From contig NW_027254824.1 of NCBI RefSeq assembly GCF_044704955.1, forward strand, positions 2,356,001-2,420,000: DNA of 64,000 nucleotides, read 5' to 3'. The number at the start of each line of letters is the position of its first letter. Position 1 is the first letter of the stretch. The stretch is from Pristiophorus japonicus. Lineage: Eukaryota. The position numbers were made by a program, and so were the translations under genes. Of the stretch, positions 1-11,779 are shown one piece after another. The notes beneath the pieces are model-generated. The model had not been told where the DNA came from and made no database searches. It worked only from the letters and a program-made list of their open reading frames with translations.

Positions 1-29
1 TGCTCAAAATCTTCTGAATGAGATGCCTC

Positions 30-187
30 TAAATGCTATCTTAGATCAGGTCCTGTGAAATCAGACAGGATTAATGAAGATTCTCATGGTAAAGGATCCC
101 CTTAGGATGAATGATCAGAGCAGGGTTGAATTTCAAATTCAAATGGAGAGCGAGAAAGTTCGACCTCAAACCAGCATACCAAACATA
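30..187 (+). mobile_element. CR1 LINE fragment, C-terminal part of the endonuclease region
   Basis: Translates to AILD-VL...VKDPLRMNDQSRVEFQIQMESEKVRPQTS, homologous to the 'QVKDFLGMSDHSMIEFVKQIEGEEVVSHTS' block of ORF 32443..33312. Confidence 0.7.
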
Positions 188-1812
188 GGGAGAAGAAATT
201 CCTTCTCAACTCGGTTTTAAATTGGCTCCCACATATTTTGAGGCTTTGCCGCCTAGTTCTAGTCTCCCCGACCAGTGGAAACAAACCTCTCTGCCTCTAT
301 CATGTCTATCCCTTTCATTATTTTAAATGTTTGAAAAAGATCAACCCTCATCCTTCTGAACTCCAACGAGTAAAGACCAAGTCTACTCAATCTATCATCA
401 TAAGGTAATGCCCTTATCTCCGGAATCAGCTTAGTGAATCGTCTCTGTGCCCCCTCCAAAGCTATTATATCCTTCCTTAAGTAAGGTGAAGCAAACTGCA
501 TGCAGTACTCCAGGTGCGGCCTCGCCAATACCCTGCACAGTTGCACAAGACCTCCCAGCTTTTGTATTCCTTCCCTCTCGCAATGAAGTCCAACATTCCA
601 TTTGCCTTCCTGATTATCTGCTGCACTTGCAAACTAACTTTTTGGGATTCATGCACAAGGACCCCCAGGTCCCTCTGCACCGCAGCATGTTGTAATTTTT
701 GCCCATTCAAATAATATTCCCTTTTTCTGTTTTTTTTCCAAGGTGGATGACCTCACATTTTCCGACATTGTATTCCATCTGCCAAAACTTAGCTCATTTG
801 CTTAACCTATCTAAATCTCTTTGAAGCCTCTCTGTGTCCTCTACACAACCCGCTTTCCCACTAATCTTTGTGTCATCTGCAAATTCTGTTAAACTACACT
901 CTGTCCCCTCTTCCAGGTCATCTATCTATATTGTAAGCAGTTGTGGTCCCAGCACCGATGTCTGCATCACACCACTAACAACCGATGTCCCAACCTAACA
1001 GGATCCATTTATCCCGAATCTCTGCTTTCTGTTCGCCAGCCAATTCTCTATCCATGCTAATACATTTCCTCTGACTCCACGTACCTTTATCTTCTGCAGT
1101 AACCTTTTGTGTGGCACCTTACCGAATGCCTTTTGGAAATCTAAATACACCACATCCATCTGTACGCCTCTATCCACCATGCTCGTTATGTCCTCAAAGA
1201 ATTCCATTAAATTAGTTAAACATGATTTCCCCTTCATGAATCCATGTCTTGTCTGCTTGGTTACACTATTCCTATCTAGATGCCACGCTATTTCTTCCTT
1301 AATGATAGCTTCAAGCAATTTCCACACAACAGATGTTAAACTAACGGGCCGAATGTTACCTGCCTTTTGTCTGCCCACTTTTTTAAACAGAGGCGTTACA
1401 TTAGCTGCTTTCCAATCCGCTGGTACCTCACCAGATTCCAGAGAATTTTGGTAGATTATAACGAATGCATCTGCAATAACTGCCACCATCTCTTTTAATA
1501 CCCTGGCATGCATTTCATCAGGACCAGAGGACTTGTCTACCTTGAGTCTCATTAGCCTGTCCAGCACTACCCCCTAGTGATAGTCATTGTCTCCAGGTCC
1601 TCCCTTCCCACATTCCCGTGACCAGCAATTATTGGCATGGTTTTTGTGTCTTCCTCAGTGAAGACCGAAAGAAAATAATTGTTTAAATTCTCAGCCATTT
1701 CCACATTTCATATTATTAAATCCCCCTTCTCATCGTCTTAGAGACCAACATTTATTTTCTTACGCTTTTCCGTTTTATATATCCGTAAAAGCTTTTACTA
1801 TCTAGCTTTTAC

Positions 1813-2221
1813 TATCAATAAAGACTTTATCAACTGAGCTTGTATTCACTGGAGTTCAGAAGAATGAGAGGGGACCTCATAGAAACGTTTAACATTCTGA
1901 CGGGTTTAGACAGGTCGGATGCAGGAAGAATGTTCCCAATGTTGGGGAAGTCCAGAACCAGGGGTCACAGACTAAGGCTAAGGGGTAAGCCATTTAGGAC
2001 CGAGATGAGGAGAAACTTCTTCACCCAAAGAGTGGTGAACCTGTGGAATTCTCTACCACAGAAAGTAGTTTAGGCCAATTCACTAAATATATTCAGAAGG
2101 GAATTAGATGAAGTCCTTACTACTAGGGGGATCAAGGGGTATGGCGAGAAAGCAGGAAGGGGGTACTGAATTTGCATGTTCAGCCATGAACTCATTGAAT
2201 GGATGTGCAGGCTAGAAGGGC
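1813..2221 (+). mobile_element. Nested CR1 3' fragment (young family, opposite orientation)
   Basis: ORF 1840..2073 (YSLEFRRMRGDLIE...NLWNSLPQKVV) closely matches the 3' part of the 41528-42676 copy; host resumes at 'ctatct', which occurs on both sides. Confidence 0.9.
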
Positions 2222-3061
2222 TATCTGATTTCATGTTTTGCGCAAGTTTACTTTCGTAATCTATCTTTCCTTTCTTTATTGCTTACTTAATCATTCTTTG
2301 CTGTTGTTTAAAATTTTCCCAATCTCCTAGTTTCCTACTAAACTTGGCCACCTTATACGCATTGGTTTTTAATTTGATAATCTCCTTTATTTCCTTTGTT
2401 ATCCACGGCTGGTTAGCCCTTTTCTTACCACCCATGTTTTTCACTGGAATATATTTTTGTTGAACACTATGAAAGAGCTCCTTAAAAGTCCTCCACTGTT
2501 CCTCAATTGCTCCACCGTTTCGTCTGTGTTTCCAGTCTACTTTAGGCAACTCTGCCCTCAGACCACTGTAATCCCCTTTGTTTAAGCAAAGTACGCTGGT
2601 TTGAGACACTACTTCCTCACCCTCAATTTTTCTTACAAATTCAACCATGCTGTGATCACTGATTCCGAAAGTACCTTTTACGAGGAGAAAGTTTATTATT
2701 CCTGTCTCATTACACAGGACCAGATCGAAGATAGCTTGCTGCCTTGTAGGTGCTCTTGCATACTGTTCTAGGTAACAATCCCGTATGCATTCAATTAATT
2801 ACTCCTCAAGGCTCCCCCGTGCGATTTGATAGGACCAATCGATATGTAGGTTAAAATGCCCCATGGTTACTGCCGTTCCTTTTCCACATGCCTCCATTAT
2901 ACCCTTGATTATTGCCCGCCACACCGTGAAGTTATTATTTGGGCGCCGATAAACTACGACCACCAGTGACTTTTTTCCGTTACTATCCCTAATCTGCACC
3001 CAAAATTATTCAACAATGTGTTCATTGGAGCCAATAGCGTCTCTCCCAACTGCCCTGATAT

Positions 3062-3514
3062 CATAAGAACATAAGAACATAAGAATTAGGAACAGGAGTC
3101 GGCCATCTAGACCTTCGCGCCTGCTCCGCCATTCAACAAGTTCATGGCTGATCGGATGATCTGGCCGTGGACTCAGCTCCACTTACCCGCCCGCTCCCCG
3201 TAACCCTTAATTCCCTTATTGGTTAAAAATCTATATCTGGGATTTGAATACATTCAATGAGCTAGCCTCAACTGATTCCTTGGGCAGAGAATTCCACAGA
3301 TTCACAACTCTCTGGGAGAAGAAATTCCTTCTCAACTCGGTTTTAAATTGGCTCCCCCGTATTTTGAGGCTGTGCCCCCTAGTTCTAGTCTCCCCGACCA
3401 GTGGAAACAACCTCTCTGCTTCGATCTTTTCATCCCTTTCATTATTTTAAATATTTCTATAAAATCACCCTTCATCCTTCTGAACTGCAACGAGTAAAGT
3501 CCCAGTCCACTCAA
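3062..3514 (-). mobile_element. Nested 5'-truncated CR1 3' end with (TTCTTATG)n tail
   Basis: cataagaacataagaacataagaa tail followed by 3'UTR and RT C-terminus; splits the host motif atcat|ccttt seen intact at ~33581. Confidence 0.9.
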
Positions 3515-4139
3515 TCCTTTATTAACAGAGCTACCCCACCTCCTTTCCCTTCTTTTATATCTTTCCGAATTGTCAGATACACCAGTATGTTTAATTCCCA
3601 GTCTTGGCCAACCTGCACCACGTTTCTGTAATGGCGACCAAATCATACCCATTTGTAATGATTTTTACCGTCAGCACATTTATTTTGTTTCGATTGCTGT
3701 GTGCGTTTAGGTAGATTGTTTTAATACTAGTTTTTAAACCAAGATTTTTAGTTTTCACCCCTCCTGCAGCCCCTTATATTTATAGATATTGTCCCTTCCT
3801 CTCACCTTGTGGTTTACACTTACCCCAGTGCTGCTCTGCTCTGTTGCCTCCTGCCTTTTGCATTTTTCTTGGAGTCCTGTTCATCTGAGCTCTCACCCAC
3901 TCTAACTAGCTCAGAGCCCTCTCCTGGGTTCCGAATACTCCTTGCATTGAGGCACCGAGCTTTCATGCTTGTCTTTTTATTACACATTGACCCTTTAGAA
4001 TTATGCTGTACAGTGGCTATTTTTGTTTTTTGCCTTGAGTTTCTCTGTCCGCCACTTTTACTCATCTCCTTTCTGTCTTTTGCTTCTGTCTCCATTTTGT
4101 TTCCCTCTGTCTCCCGATATTGGTTCCCATCCCCCTGCC

Positions 4140-5071
4140 ATATTAGTTTCACTCCTCCCCAATAGCACGTGCAGACACTCCTCCGAGGACATTGGTTCCG
4201 GTCCTGCCCAGGTGCAGACGGTTCGGTTTGTTCTGGTCCCACCTCCCTCAGAACCGGTTCCAAAGCCCCAGGAATTTGAATCCCTCCATGCTGCACCAAT
4301 GCTCAAGCCACGTATTCATCTGAGCTATCCTGCGATTCCTGCTCTGACTAGCACGTGGCACTGGTAGCAATCCCGAGATTACTACTTTTGAGGTACTACG
4401 TTTTAATTCAGCTCCGAGCTCCTTAATTTCGTCTTGTAGGATCTCTTCCATTTTTTTACCTATAACGTTGGGACCAATGTGCACCACGACAACTGGCTGT
4501 TCACCCTTCCTTTTCAGAATATCCTGCACCCGCTCCGAAACATCCTTGACCCTTGCATCCTGGAGTCTCGGTTGCAGCCGCAGAAATGCCTATCTATTCC
4601 CCTTAAAATCAAATCCCCTATCACTATCGCTCTCCCACTCATTTTCCTGCCGTCCTGTGCAGCAGAGCCAGCCACGGTGACATGAACTTGGCTGCTGCTG
4701 CCCTCCCCTGATGAGGCATCCCCCTCAAAAGTACTCAAAGCGGTGCATCTGTTTTGCAGGGGGATGACCGCAGGTGACCCCTGCACTAACTTCCTTGCAC
4801 TGCTCTTGCTGCTGGTCTTCCATTCCCTATCTGGCTGTGAACCATTCACCTGCGGTAAGACCAACTCGCTACACGTGCTACTCACTTCATTCTCAGCCTC
4901 ATGGATGCTCCAGTGTAAATCCACCCTAAGCTCCAATTCCGCAGCGAGGACCGTCAGGAGCTGGAGGCGGATACACTTTTCGCACACGTAGTCGTCAGGG
5001 TCACCGGAAGTGTCCCTGAGTTCCCATATGGTACAGGAGGAGCATAACACCCGACCGAGCTCTCCTGTCAT
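4140..5071 (-). pseudogene. CR1 ORF1 (Cys zinc finger, coiled coil, SGNH/GDSL esterase), frameshifted
   Basis: ORF 4514..5071: CSSCTIWE...YVCEKC, LELRVD, VIGDLILRG. ORF 4248..4529: VVVHIGPN, VISGLLPVPR, MNTWLEHWC. Confidence 0.85.
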
Positions 5072-5154
5072 GATTTAACCCTTAGATACACTTAAATTGG
5101 CAACAACAATGCTAAAGTATACTCACTGATATAGAAGAGAAAAAAGAAAAGGTA

Positions 5155-5200
5155 CTCACCAATCACCAGCCAATCACTTAATCCCTTGGTTGTGACGTCA
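5155..5200 (-). promoter_or_regulatory. Putative CR1 internal promoter motifs: two CCAAT boxes and a perfect CRE palindrome
   Basis: ccaatca at ~5159 and ~5170; TGACGTCA at 5193-5200; located between the monomers and ORF1. Confidence 0.45.
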
Positions 5201-5250
5201 CCTTTCTATTTCTTTCTAATTTTTTGCCTTCTCCCTGAAGCTGCACAAAC

Positions 5251-5504
5251 TTGCCTCTTCCTCGACGCTGCAGGAACTCCTGAACTCGCGACCTTTTTAT
5301 TGGCCTCTGACCCCGGATTGTCGCCTCCTCCTCGACGCTGCGTGAACTCCTGAACTCACGGCCTTTTTATAGGCATCTGACCCCGGATTGTCGCCAACTC
5401 CTCGACGCTGCGGGAACTCCTGAACTCGCGGCATTTTTATAGGCCTCCGACCCCGGACTGTCGCCTCTTCCTCAACGCTGCCTGAACTCCTGAACTCGTG
5501 GCCT
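5251..5504. repeat. 70-bp tandem repeat (~3.6 copies) at the CR1 5' end
   Basis: Units start at 5251, 5321, 5391, 5461 (tcgcctc-tcctcgacgctgc...gaccccggattg). Confidence 0.95.
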
Positions 5505-5901
5505 GGATAACCTCTTGTAACCTAGCAGCTATAATGGTGAGTACTGCAGGGAAGCAAATACGACCAGGGTGATCTCCTGCATTGTTTAGATCACCTGGAT
5601 GTGTCGGAGAGTAATTTTCCCGGAATTGGCCTGGTTTTAAACTGACTTTGGCATCTTCAAGGGATCCCATTTCTCCGGTTGGGGTGGAGTGTAGAATGTT
5701 TCAGTGTCAGGGGTTTTGCAGTTGTTTGGGGTGGACTGGTTGGACTGGTGCTCTTTACATTTCCGCCATTGTTCTTACGTTTATGGAGAAATTTCAGGGC
5801 TGCTGACCGAGGGCCGTGTGGCTTTTATTTGGCCAGCATAGAGACGCTGGGCCAAAACGGCCTCCTTCTGCGCTTTAAATTTCTATGTTTCTATGTTTCT
5901 A
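5505..5901 (+). mobile_element. CR1-type 3'UTR fragment with (TTTCTATG)n tail
   Basis: Ends gggccaaaacggcctccttctgcgct...tttctatgtttctatgtttcta; internal hairpin ccagggtgatct...agatcacctgg. Confidence 0.7.
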
Positions 5902-6204
5902 CAACCATGCTCGCTCTCTGCCCCCATCCCCAACTACCAGGCACTCTCCCCCCGCAAGAACCATGCTCCCATTTCCCGCACCTCCGACAGAAGCAGAATC
6001 TATCTACCCACCCTCGCCCAACAATCAGGCTCTCACTACCCGCCTCCCAACAACCTGGACCTCTTTACCCATGCCCAACTTCAAGGTTCTCGCTACACGC
6101 CAAACTTCGAAACAACCAGTCTCTCTCTCGCTCCTCTCCAATATACCAACAACCACGTTCTAGCTGTTGAATAATACGGAGGGGTTTGAAGTCTTCAGCG
6201 AGAA

Positions 6205-6255
6205 ACGGCACAGCGCCATATTCTCAAGGGCAATTAGTTATGGATAACAAGTACC
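6205..6255 (+). mobile_element. Short 3'-tail fragment of the LINE family found at 11780-12910
   Basis: ttctcaagggcaattagttatggataacaa is similar to the reverse complement of ttattgcccatcccgtattgcccttgag (~11833-11860). Confidence 0.5.
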
Positions 6256-6267
6256 CAGATTCCATGC

Positions 6268-9170
6268 ACATAGAAACATAGAAACATAGCAAATAGGTGC
6301 AGGAGTCGTCCATTCGTCCTTTCGAGCCTGCCCACCATTCATTAAGGACATGACGGATCATTCACATCAGTACCTGCTTTTCTCCATACGCCTTGAGCCC
6401 TTTAACCATAAGAGCCATATCGAACTCCCTCTTCAATTAATCCAACGAACTGGTATCAACAAATCTCCGCTTTAGGGAATTCCAAAGGTAAACAACTCTC
6501 TGAGTGAAGCAATTTCTCCTCCTCTCACTCCTAAATGGCTTACCCCTTATCCTTAGATTGTGTGCCATGGTTCTGGACTTCCCCACATCGGGAACATTCT
6601 TCCTGTATCTAACCTGTCCTGTCCCGTCAGAATTGTATATGTTTTTATGAGCTGCCGTCTCATCCTTCTAAACTCCAGTGAATAATGTCCAAACCGATCC
6701 ACTCTCTCCTCATAGGTCAGGCCAGCCATCCCAGCAATCAGTATGGTAAAACTTGGCTGCACTCGCACAAGAGCAAGCATGTCTTTCCTCATATTAGGAA
6801 ACCAAAACTGAATACAATATTCCTGATGAGGCATCACCAAGGCCCTGTATATCTGCAGAAAGACCTTCCTATTCCTATACTCAAATCCCTAGCTATGAAG
6901 GTCAACATACCAGTTGCCTTCTTCACTGCCTGTTGTACCTGCATGCCAGCTTTCAATGAGTGATGTACCATGACACCCACGTCTCGTTGCAAAACCCCTT
7001 TTCCTAATCTGCCACCATTCAGATAATATTTTGCCTTCGTGTTTTGCCCCCAAAGTGGATAGCCTCACATTTATGCACATTACACTGCATGTGCCACTCA
7101 GCAAACCTGTCCAATCACTCTGCAGCCTCTTAGCTTCCTCCTCGCAGCTCCCACCACCACGCAGTTTAGTGTCATCTGCAAACTTTGAGATATTACACTC
7201 AATTGCTAGATCTAAATCAGTAATATATATTAAAAAAGCTGGGGTCGCAGCACCTTGTCTTGCGGCACCCCTCGAATCACCGCCAGTAATATTGAAAAGG
7301 ACCCGTTTAATCCGACTCTCTGCTTCCTGTCTGCCAACCAGTTCTCTATCCACGTCAGTGCATTATTCCCAATACAATGTCCTTTAATTTTGCACACCAA
7401 TTTCTTGTGTGGGAACTTGTCAAAAACCTTTTGAAAGTCCAAATACACCACTTCCACTGGTATTCCCTTGGCCATTCTACAGGCTACATCCTCATAAAAT
7501 GCGTGAAGATTTCTCTAGCATGATTTCCCTTTCATAAATCTGTGTTGACGTGGATCGATCCTGTCACTGCTTTCCAAATACGCTTTATTTCATCGTTAAT
7601 AATTGATTCGAACATTTGCCCCACAACTGACGTCAATCTAACCAGTCTATAATTATTCATTTTCTCTCTCTCTCCATTTTTCAAAAGTGGTTTTACATTA
7701 GCTTCCATCCAGTCCATAGGAATTGATCCAGAGTCGATAGACCGTTGGAAAATGATCACCAATACATCCACTATTTCTATGGCCACGTCCTTATGTTCTC
7801 TGTGATGCAGACTATCAGGCCCCGGGGATTTATCCGCCTTCAAGCCTTCAATTTACTTCAAACAATTTGCCGCCCATAAGGATATCATTCAGTTCCTCCT
7901 TGCCGCTAGACCCTCGGTCCCCTAGTACCTCCGAAAGATTATTTGCGTCTTCCTTCGTGAAGACAATACGAAAATATTTGGTCAACTGCTCTGCCATTAC
8001 TTTGAGCCCCATTATAAATTCTCCTGAATCTGACTGCAAGGGACCTGCGTTTGTCTTCATTTATCTTTTTCTCCTCACATATCTATTGAAGCTTTTGCAA
8101 TCAGTATTTATGTTCATGGAAAGCTTCCTCTCATACTCTATTTTCCCCCAGCTCATTGAACGATGTGTCGTACTCGATGAATTCTAAATTTCTCCCAGTC
8201 CTCAGGTTCTCTGCTTTTTCTGGCCAATTTATATGGCTCTTCCTTGGATTTAACACGATCCTTAATTTCCGCAGTTAGCCATGGTTGAATCACCTTCCCC
8301 GTTTATTTTTTACTTCAGAGGGAGACGTAAAATTGTTGAAGTTCATCCATGATTTCTTTAAATGTTTTACATTCTCTATTCACCGTCAATTCTCTAAGTA
8401 TTATTTCCCAGTCTAGACTAGCCAAATCACGTCTCATATCATCGAAGTTACCTTTCCTTAAGTTCAGGATCCTAGTCTCTGAATGAACTGTGTATCTATC
8501 CACCTTAAAAAGAAATTCTATCATATTATTGTTACTCTTCCCCAAGGGCCCTCCCAGAGCATGATTGCGAATTAGTCCTTTCTCATTACACATCATTCAG
8601 TCGAGGATGGCCTTTTCTCTAATTGTTTCCACGACATATTGGTTCCGAAAACCATCCCTGGAACACTCTAGGAAATCTTCCTCTATCATATTGCTACCAG
8701 TTTGGTTAGCCCAATCTATATGTAGATTAAGTTCGCCCATGATAAATGATGTACCTTTCTTGCACGCATCTCTAATTTCATTTTTGATGCTGTCCCCAAC
8801 CGAACTAATACAGTTTGGTGGTCTGTACACAGCTCCCTCTAGTGTTTTCTGCCCTTTCGTATTCCGCAGCTCCACCCACACAGATTCCACATCATCCAAG
8901 CTAATCTCCTTCCTTAATCTTGCGTTAGTTTCCTCTTTAACCAGAAACGCTACCCCACCTCCTTATCCTTTCTGTCCATCCTTCCTGAATGTGGAATACG
9001 CCTCAATGTTGAGTTCCAAGCCTTGATCACTCTGGAGCCATGTCTCCGTGATGCCATTCATGTCATATTCATTAATTGCTGCTTGTGAAGTTAATTCATC
9101 CACCTTATTACGAATATTCCTCGCATTCAAGCACGGAGCCATCAGGCTTGTAGTTTTAACACACTTTATA
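6268..9170 (-). mobile_element. CR1 LINE, nearly complete degenerate ORF2 with 3' tail
   Basis: catagaaacatagaaacatag tail at 6269; ORFs 6889..7353 (SKFADDTK), 7230..7475, 7532..7843, 8597..8899 (VYRPPN), 8963..9178 (LNARNIRNKVDEL, GITETW). Confidence 0.93.
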
Positions 9171-9911
9171 AAATACACTACATTTTAGAAGTCTGATTGA
9201 TAATGTTCATTGCTGAAGACACCTGGAAACTGGGACAACTTTTGTCAAATTTAAATGGACAGGTAAATCCTACCGTGCAAGGAGTAATAGAATTATTATT
9301 GACGATACTATTTAGTGATGCTCATTTCCATATTCAACGCATTACGATTTGAAAGAAGGTTAAAAATTTTTAGTGAAATGTTTTGGAAATTATGTGTAAT
9401 TTGTATTTCGTTCTAATTAACTTTTGGCGTCAAATCCCGTTCATGTCTCTTCTTCCTCTGTTAAATAACAAGGGCGGGATTGGACGTTGATCAGACAGCA
9501 CTGCTGTTGATATTTGTGAGATCATCCATTACTTTGAGTTGTTTCGACTTTGTTTCTGGGCGTCACGTGTAGCTCAGTGGTTACCTCACAGCGTCAACTT
9601 CATCAGAATGTTCGGCTCTCTCTCACTTCGTATGTGGCGCAGTGATTGTAATGTTATTTTCATTCTTCTTTATATACACGTGCTGATATATTAGCACTGT
9701 GAGATTTTCGAAGGCTCCTTTAAATAATGAACAAAACACTTTCTAATGATACTGCCACCCACAGCGATTACGGGATAGGGAAGTTTTGAAAGTCACTCAG
9801 TGATACCACAGTTTTTAATTTAAATGACGTAATTTTAATTAAATGACATAGATGACCCAAAGCACTTCAGAGTGGTTGAAAATAAATGAGTTTGTAGTTA
9901 GAAAGAAAGGA

Positions 9912-9968
9912 TGTCAGAAGCGGGATTTGAATCCACAAGTACAAATGCCATCGCTTGGCCATCTTGAC
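9912..9968 (-). pseudogene. tRNA-Leu (CAG/CAA-type) pseudogene with the anticodon/variable arm deleted
   Basis: Reverse complement begins GTCAAGATGGCCAAGCGATG and ends GTGGATTCAAATCCCGCTTCTGACA, matching both ends of vertebrate tRNA-Leu (GTCAGGATGGCCGAGCGG...GTGGGTTCGAATCCCACTTCTGACA). Confidence 0.75.
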
Positions 9969-10614
9969 TATTGAATGCCCCTGTTTAAACTTATTATTTC
10001 AGAACGGTTCAGTCTAAAAGCTTTTCAATGCTGCTGGAGGCTCAGTGACCTTCATAACATCTCCTCCGGGGTTTTCCTGAGCCTGTGTTTGGTGTATGGG
10101 GAGGTTTCCATGAAACATGGTATCTTCCATCCGAGTGATGGAGAAATACCCCCTGAGCTCTGGAACTGGAACAGAGCAAATAATGAATGAGTTGTTTCCG
10201 GTTTTGAAATGTGGCTTAATTCTACTGTTATAAGCGTTGCTTCGCAGAATGAAAGAAATGCTAAAATGGTCACTGAGGACGGTCAAAAGTTCAACAACTG
10301 AACCTTAATAATTTGTGAAACTTCACTCATGGAGGGAATTTTATCGTCTATCTGACTTTACACCGTCTGTCTTTCAGTAGACGAGTTTAACATGTTCATT
10401 GCTAATGTAACACAGCTCAACAACAGAGAGAAATGTGCAGCGAACGGCTGAAATGCTGCTTCCCATTTTCTGCAAAAAATTCCTTTGACAAACTTTTCTC
10501 TGACTGGAGCTTTATCAAACAAAATGTTCTTTTCCAAGTCATTAAATTCTCAATTTCCGCGACCAATCCCAATCATCTGAATCGGAGACTTCAAAATGTT
10601 CAGCAAAAGATAAT

Positions 10615-10688
10615 CGCTCAATGAAGGTTTCGAATCCTCGACCTTGCAATTAAAAAATCGCGTGTTCTACCGACTGTGCTAGCCATGC
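10615..10688 (-). pseudogene. tRNA-Lys (CTT-type body) pseudogene
   Basis: Reverse complement GCATGGCTAGCACAGTCGGTAGAACACGCGATTTTTTAATTGCAAGGTCGAGGATTCGAAACCTTCATTGAGCG aligns end-to-end with vertebrate tRNA-Lys(CTT); stems are disrupted. Confidence 0.85.
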
Positions 10689-11322
10689 CTGCATAAACTG
10701 TCGGTTGATGTCCCTGATTACAACCAGGTGCACTTTGGCTCCGTCCCAGAGGAGTAACGTGTTCTTCAGAGCATGACGCAGTTTCTAATGAATTATAAGG
10801 TGTGCAAGGAAATCAACCATTAAAAGCCCTTTCACTAACCATAAGGAATCAGGCAATTTTCTTATCGCAGAGTGCTTTTATTCCTTGTCAGTACCTCTTG
10901 TCTATGTCCAGCTCTTTCCCCATTCAGCCTGTCTATCTGGCTCTGATCAATCAGACCATGGAGAAAAAATGAGCCAGACTTTAGAGCAAGCCTATTGTGA
11001 GGCAGCAAAGAAAATAACAATTCGGGAAGAATAGGAATTTATCCCGCTGCAGCTTAAATGCTGCTTCCCACTTTCTGCAAAAAATTCCTTTGACACCATT
11101 GTGAAATGCAACGTTTCTTCCATTTAATTTAATAAAATCAATTGACTCTAATTAAAAAAGGTGATATCAAAGTTACTTCCCAAACCGGTAGCTGTTGTGA
11201 TATGAATGGTTCTGTGACTTATTATAGGTGTGCTTTAAAAATCTCGCACTGCGATGTTAAGAGCAATTTGTTCGGTGTCAAAGAAGGGGATTGGAAATGA
11301 CAAAAAAACGCCAGGCAGCGCC

Positions 11323-11345
11323 CGCAGTGAGACAGATTCGAACTT
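11323..11345 (-). pseudogene. 3' fragment of a tRNA-Ser (TGA/CGA-type), followed by a T7 run
   Basis: Reverse complement AGTTCGAATCTGTCTCACTGCG resembles GGTTCGAATCCTGCTCACAGCG; TTTTTTT lies ~14 nt downstream on the minus strand. Confidence 0.45.
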
Positions 11346-11779
11346 CTGAAGACGTTGTTGCTGCGAAGTTTCCGCTGAGCTAAAGCTGACGCTGATCAGA
11401 AGGTGATAAACAACTCAATATAAGCAATGAGCTGAGAAATATCAGGAGCATTGCAGTCCAGTCAATGTCAAAACCCTCATTTGTCATTCAACTGAGGAAG
11501 AAGAGACATGAACGGGAGTCAGAAACCACAAAGTTTAATTTAAGGCACAAATACAAGTCACACTTAATTTCGAAACCGTTTCACTGTCACATTTGTCCAC
11601 GTTATTTAAAATCTTACTGCGTTGAATCTGAAAATGGGGACCATGGGATTTTGTCTTCATTACTGATTCTAATTTCTGTGCATGGCAGCAGTAACTTGTC
11701 CTGTTAAATTTGTAAAATTACCCTGATTTTTCTGTCACCAGAAAGGAAACATTTTGAGCCATACTCATAAAATACAGTG

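Larger units (their letters stand above)
188..3931 (-). mobile_element. CR1 LINE (family 'A') ORF2 (APE endonuclease + RT), degenerate, interrupted by two nested CR1 fragments
   Basis: ORFs 995..1567 (KSSGPDEMH, RPVSLTSVVWKLLE, GKSCLTNL, VYLDFQKAF), 477..710, 259..546, 2283..2648, 2799..2999; colinear with the copy at 30961-34177. Confidence 0.93.
3932..5504 (-). mobile_element. CR1 LINE (family 'B') 5' portion: 5'UTR monomers, ORF1 and the first codons of ORF2
   Basis: ORF2 start KARCLNARSIR at ~3932-3965, ORF1 upstream, 70-bp monomers at the 5' end. Confidence 0.88.

Noticed and set aside
5902-6170. C-rich stretch as an outlying copy of the 46.5-53.7 kb satellite, or ORF 5679..6170 as a gene
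   Set aside because: Similarity is only compositional; the ORF crosses a LINE tail junction
447-9026. Plus-strand ORFs such as 1107..1454, 7031..7387, 8565..9026
   Set aside because: Antisense shadows of CR1 ORF2
9975-10286. Overlapping 71-90 aa ORFs in unique DNA as a host exon
   Set aside because: No recognisable domain and only weak splice signals; cannot be supported
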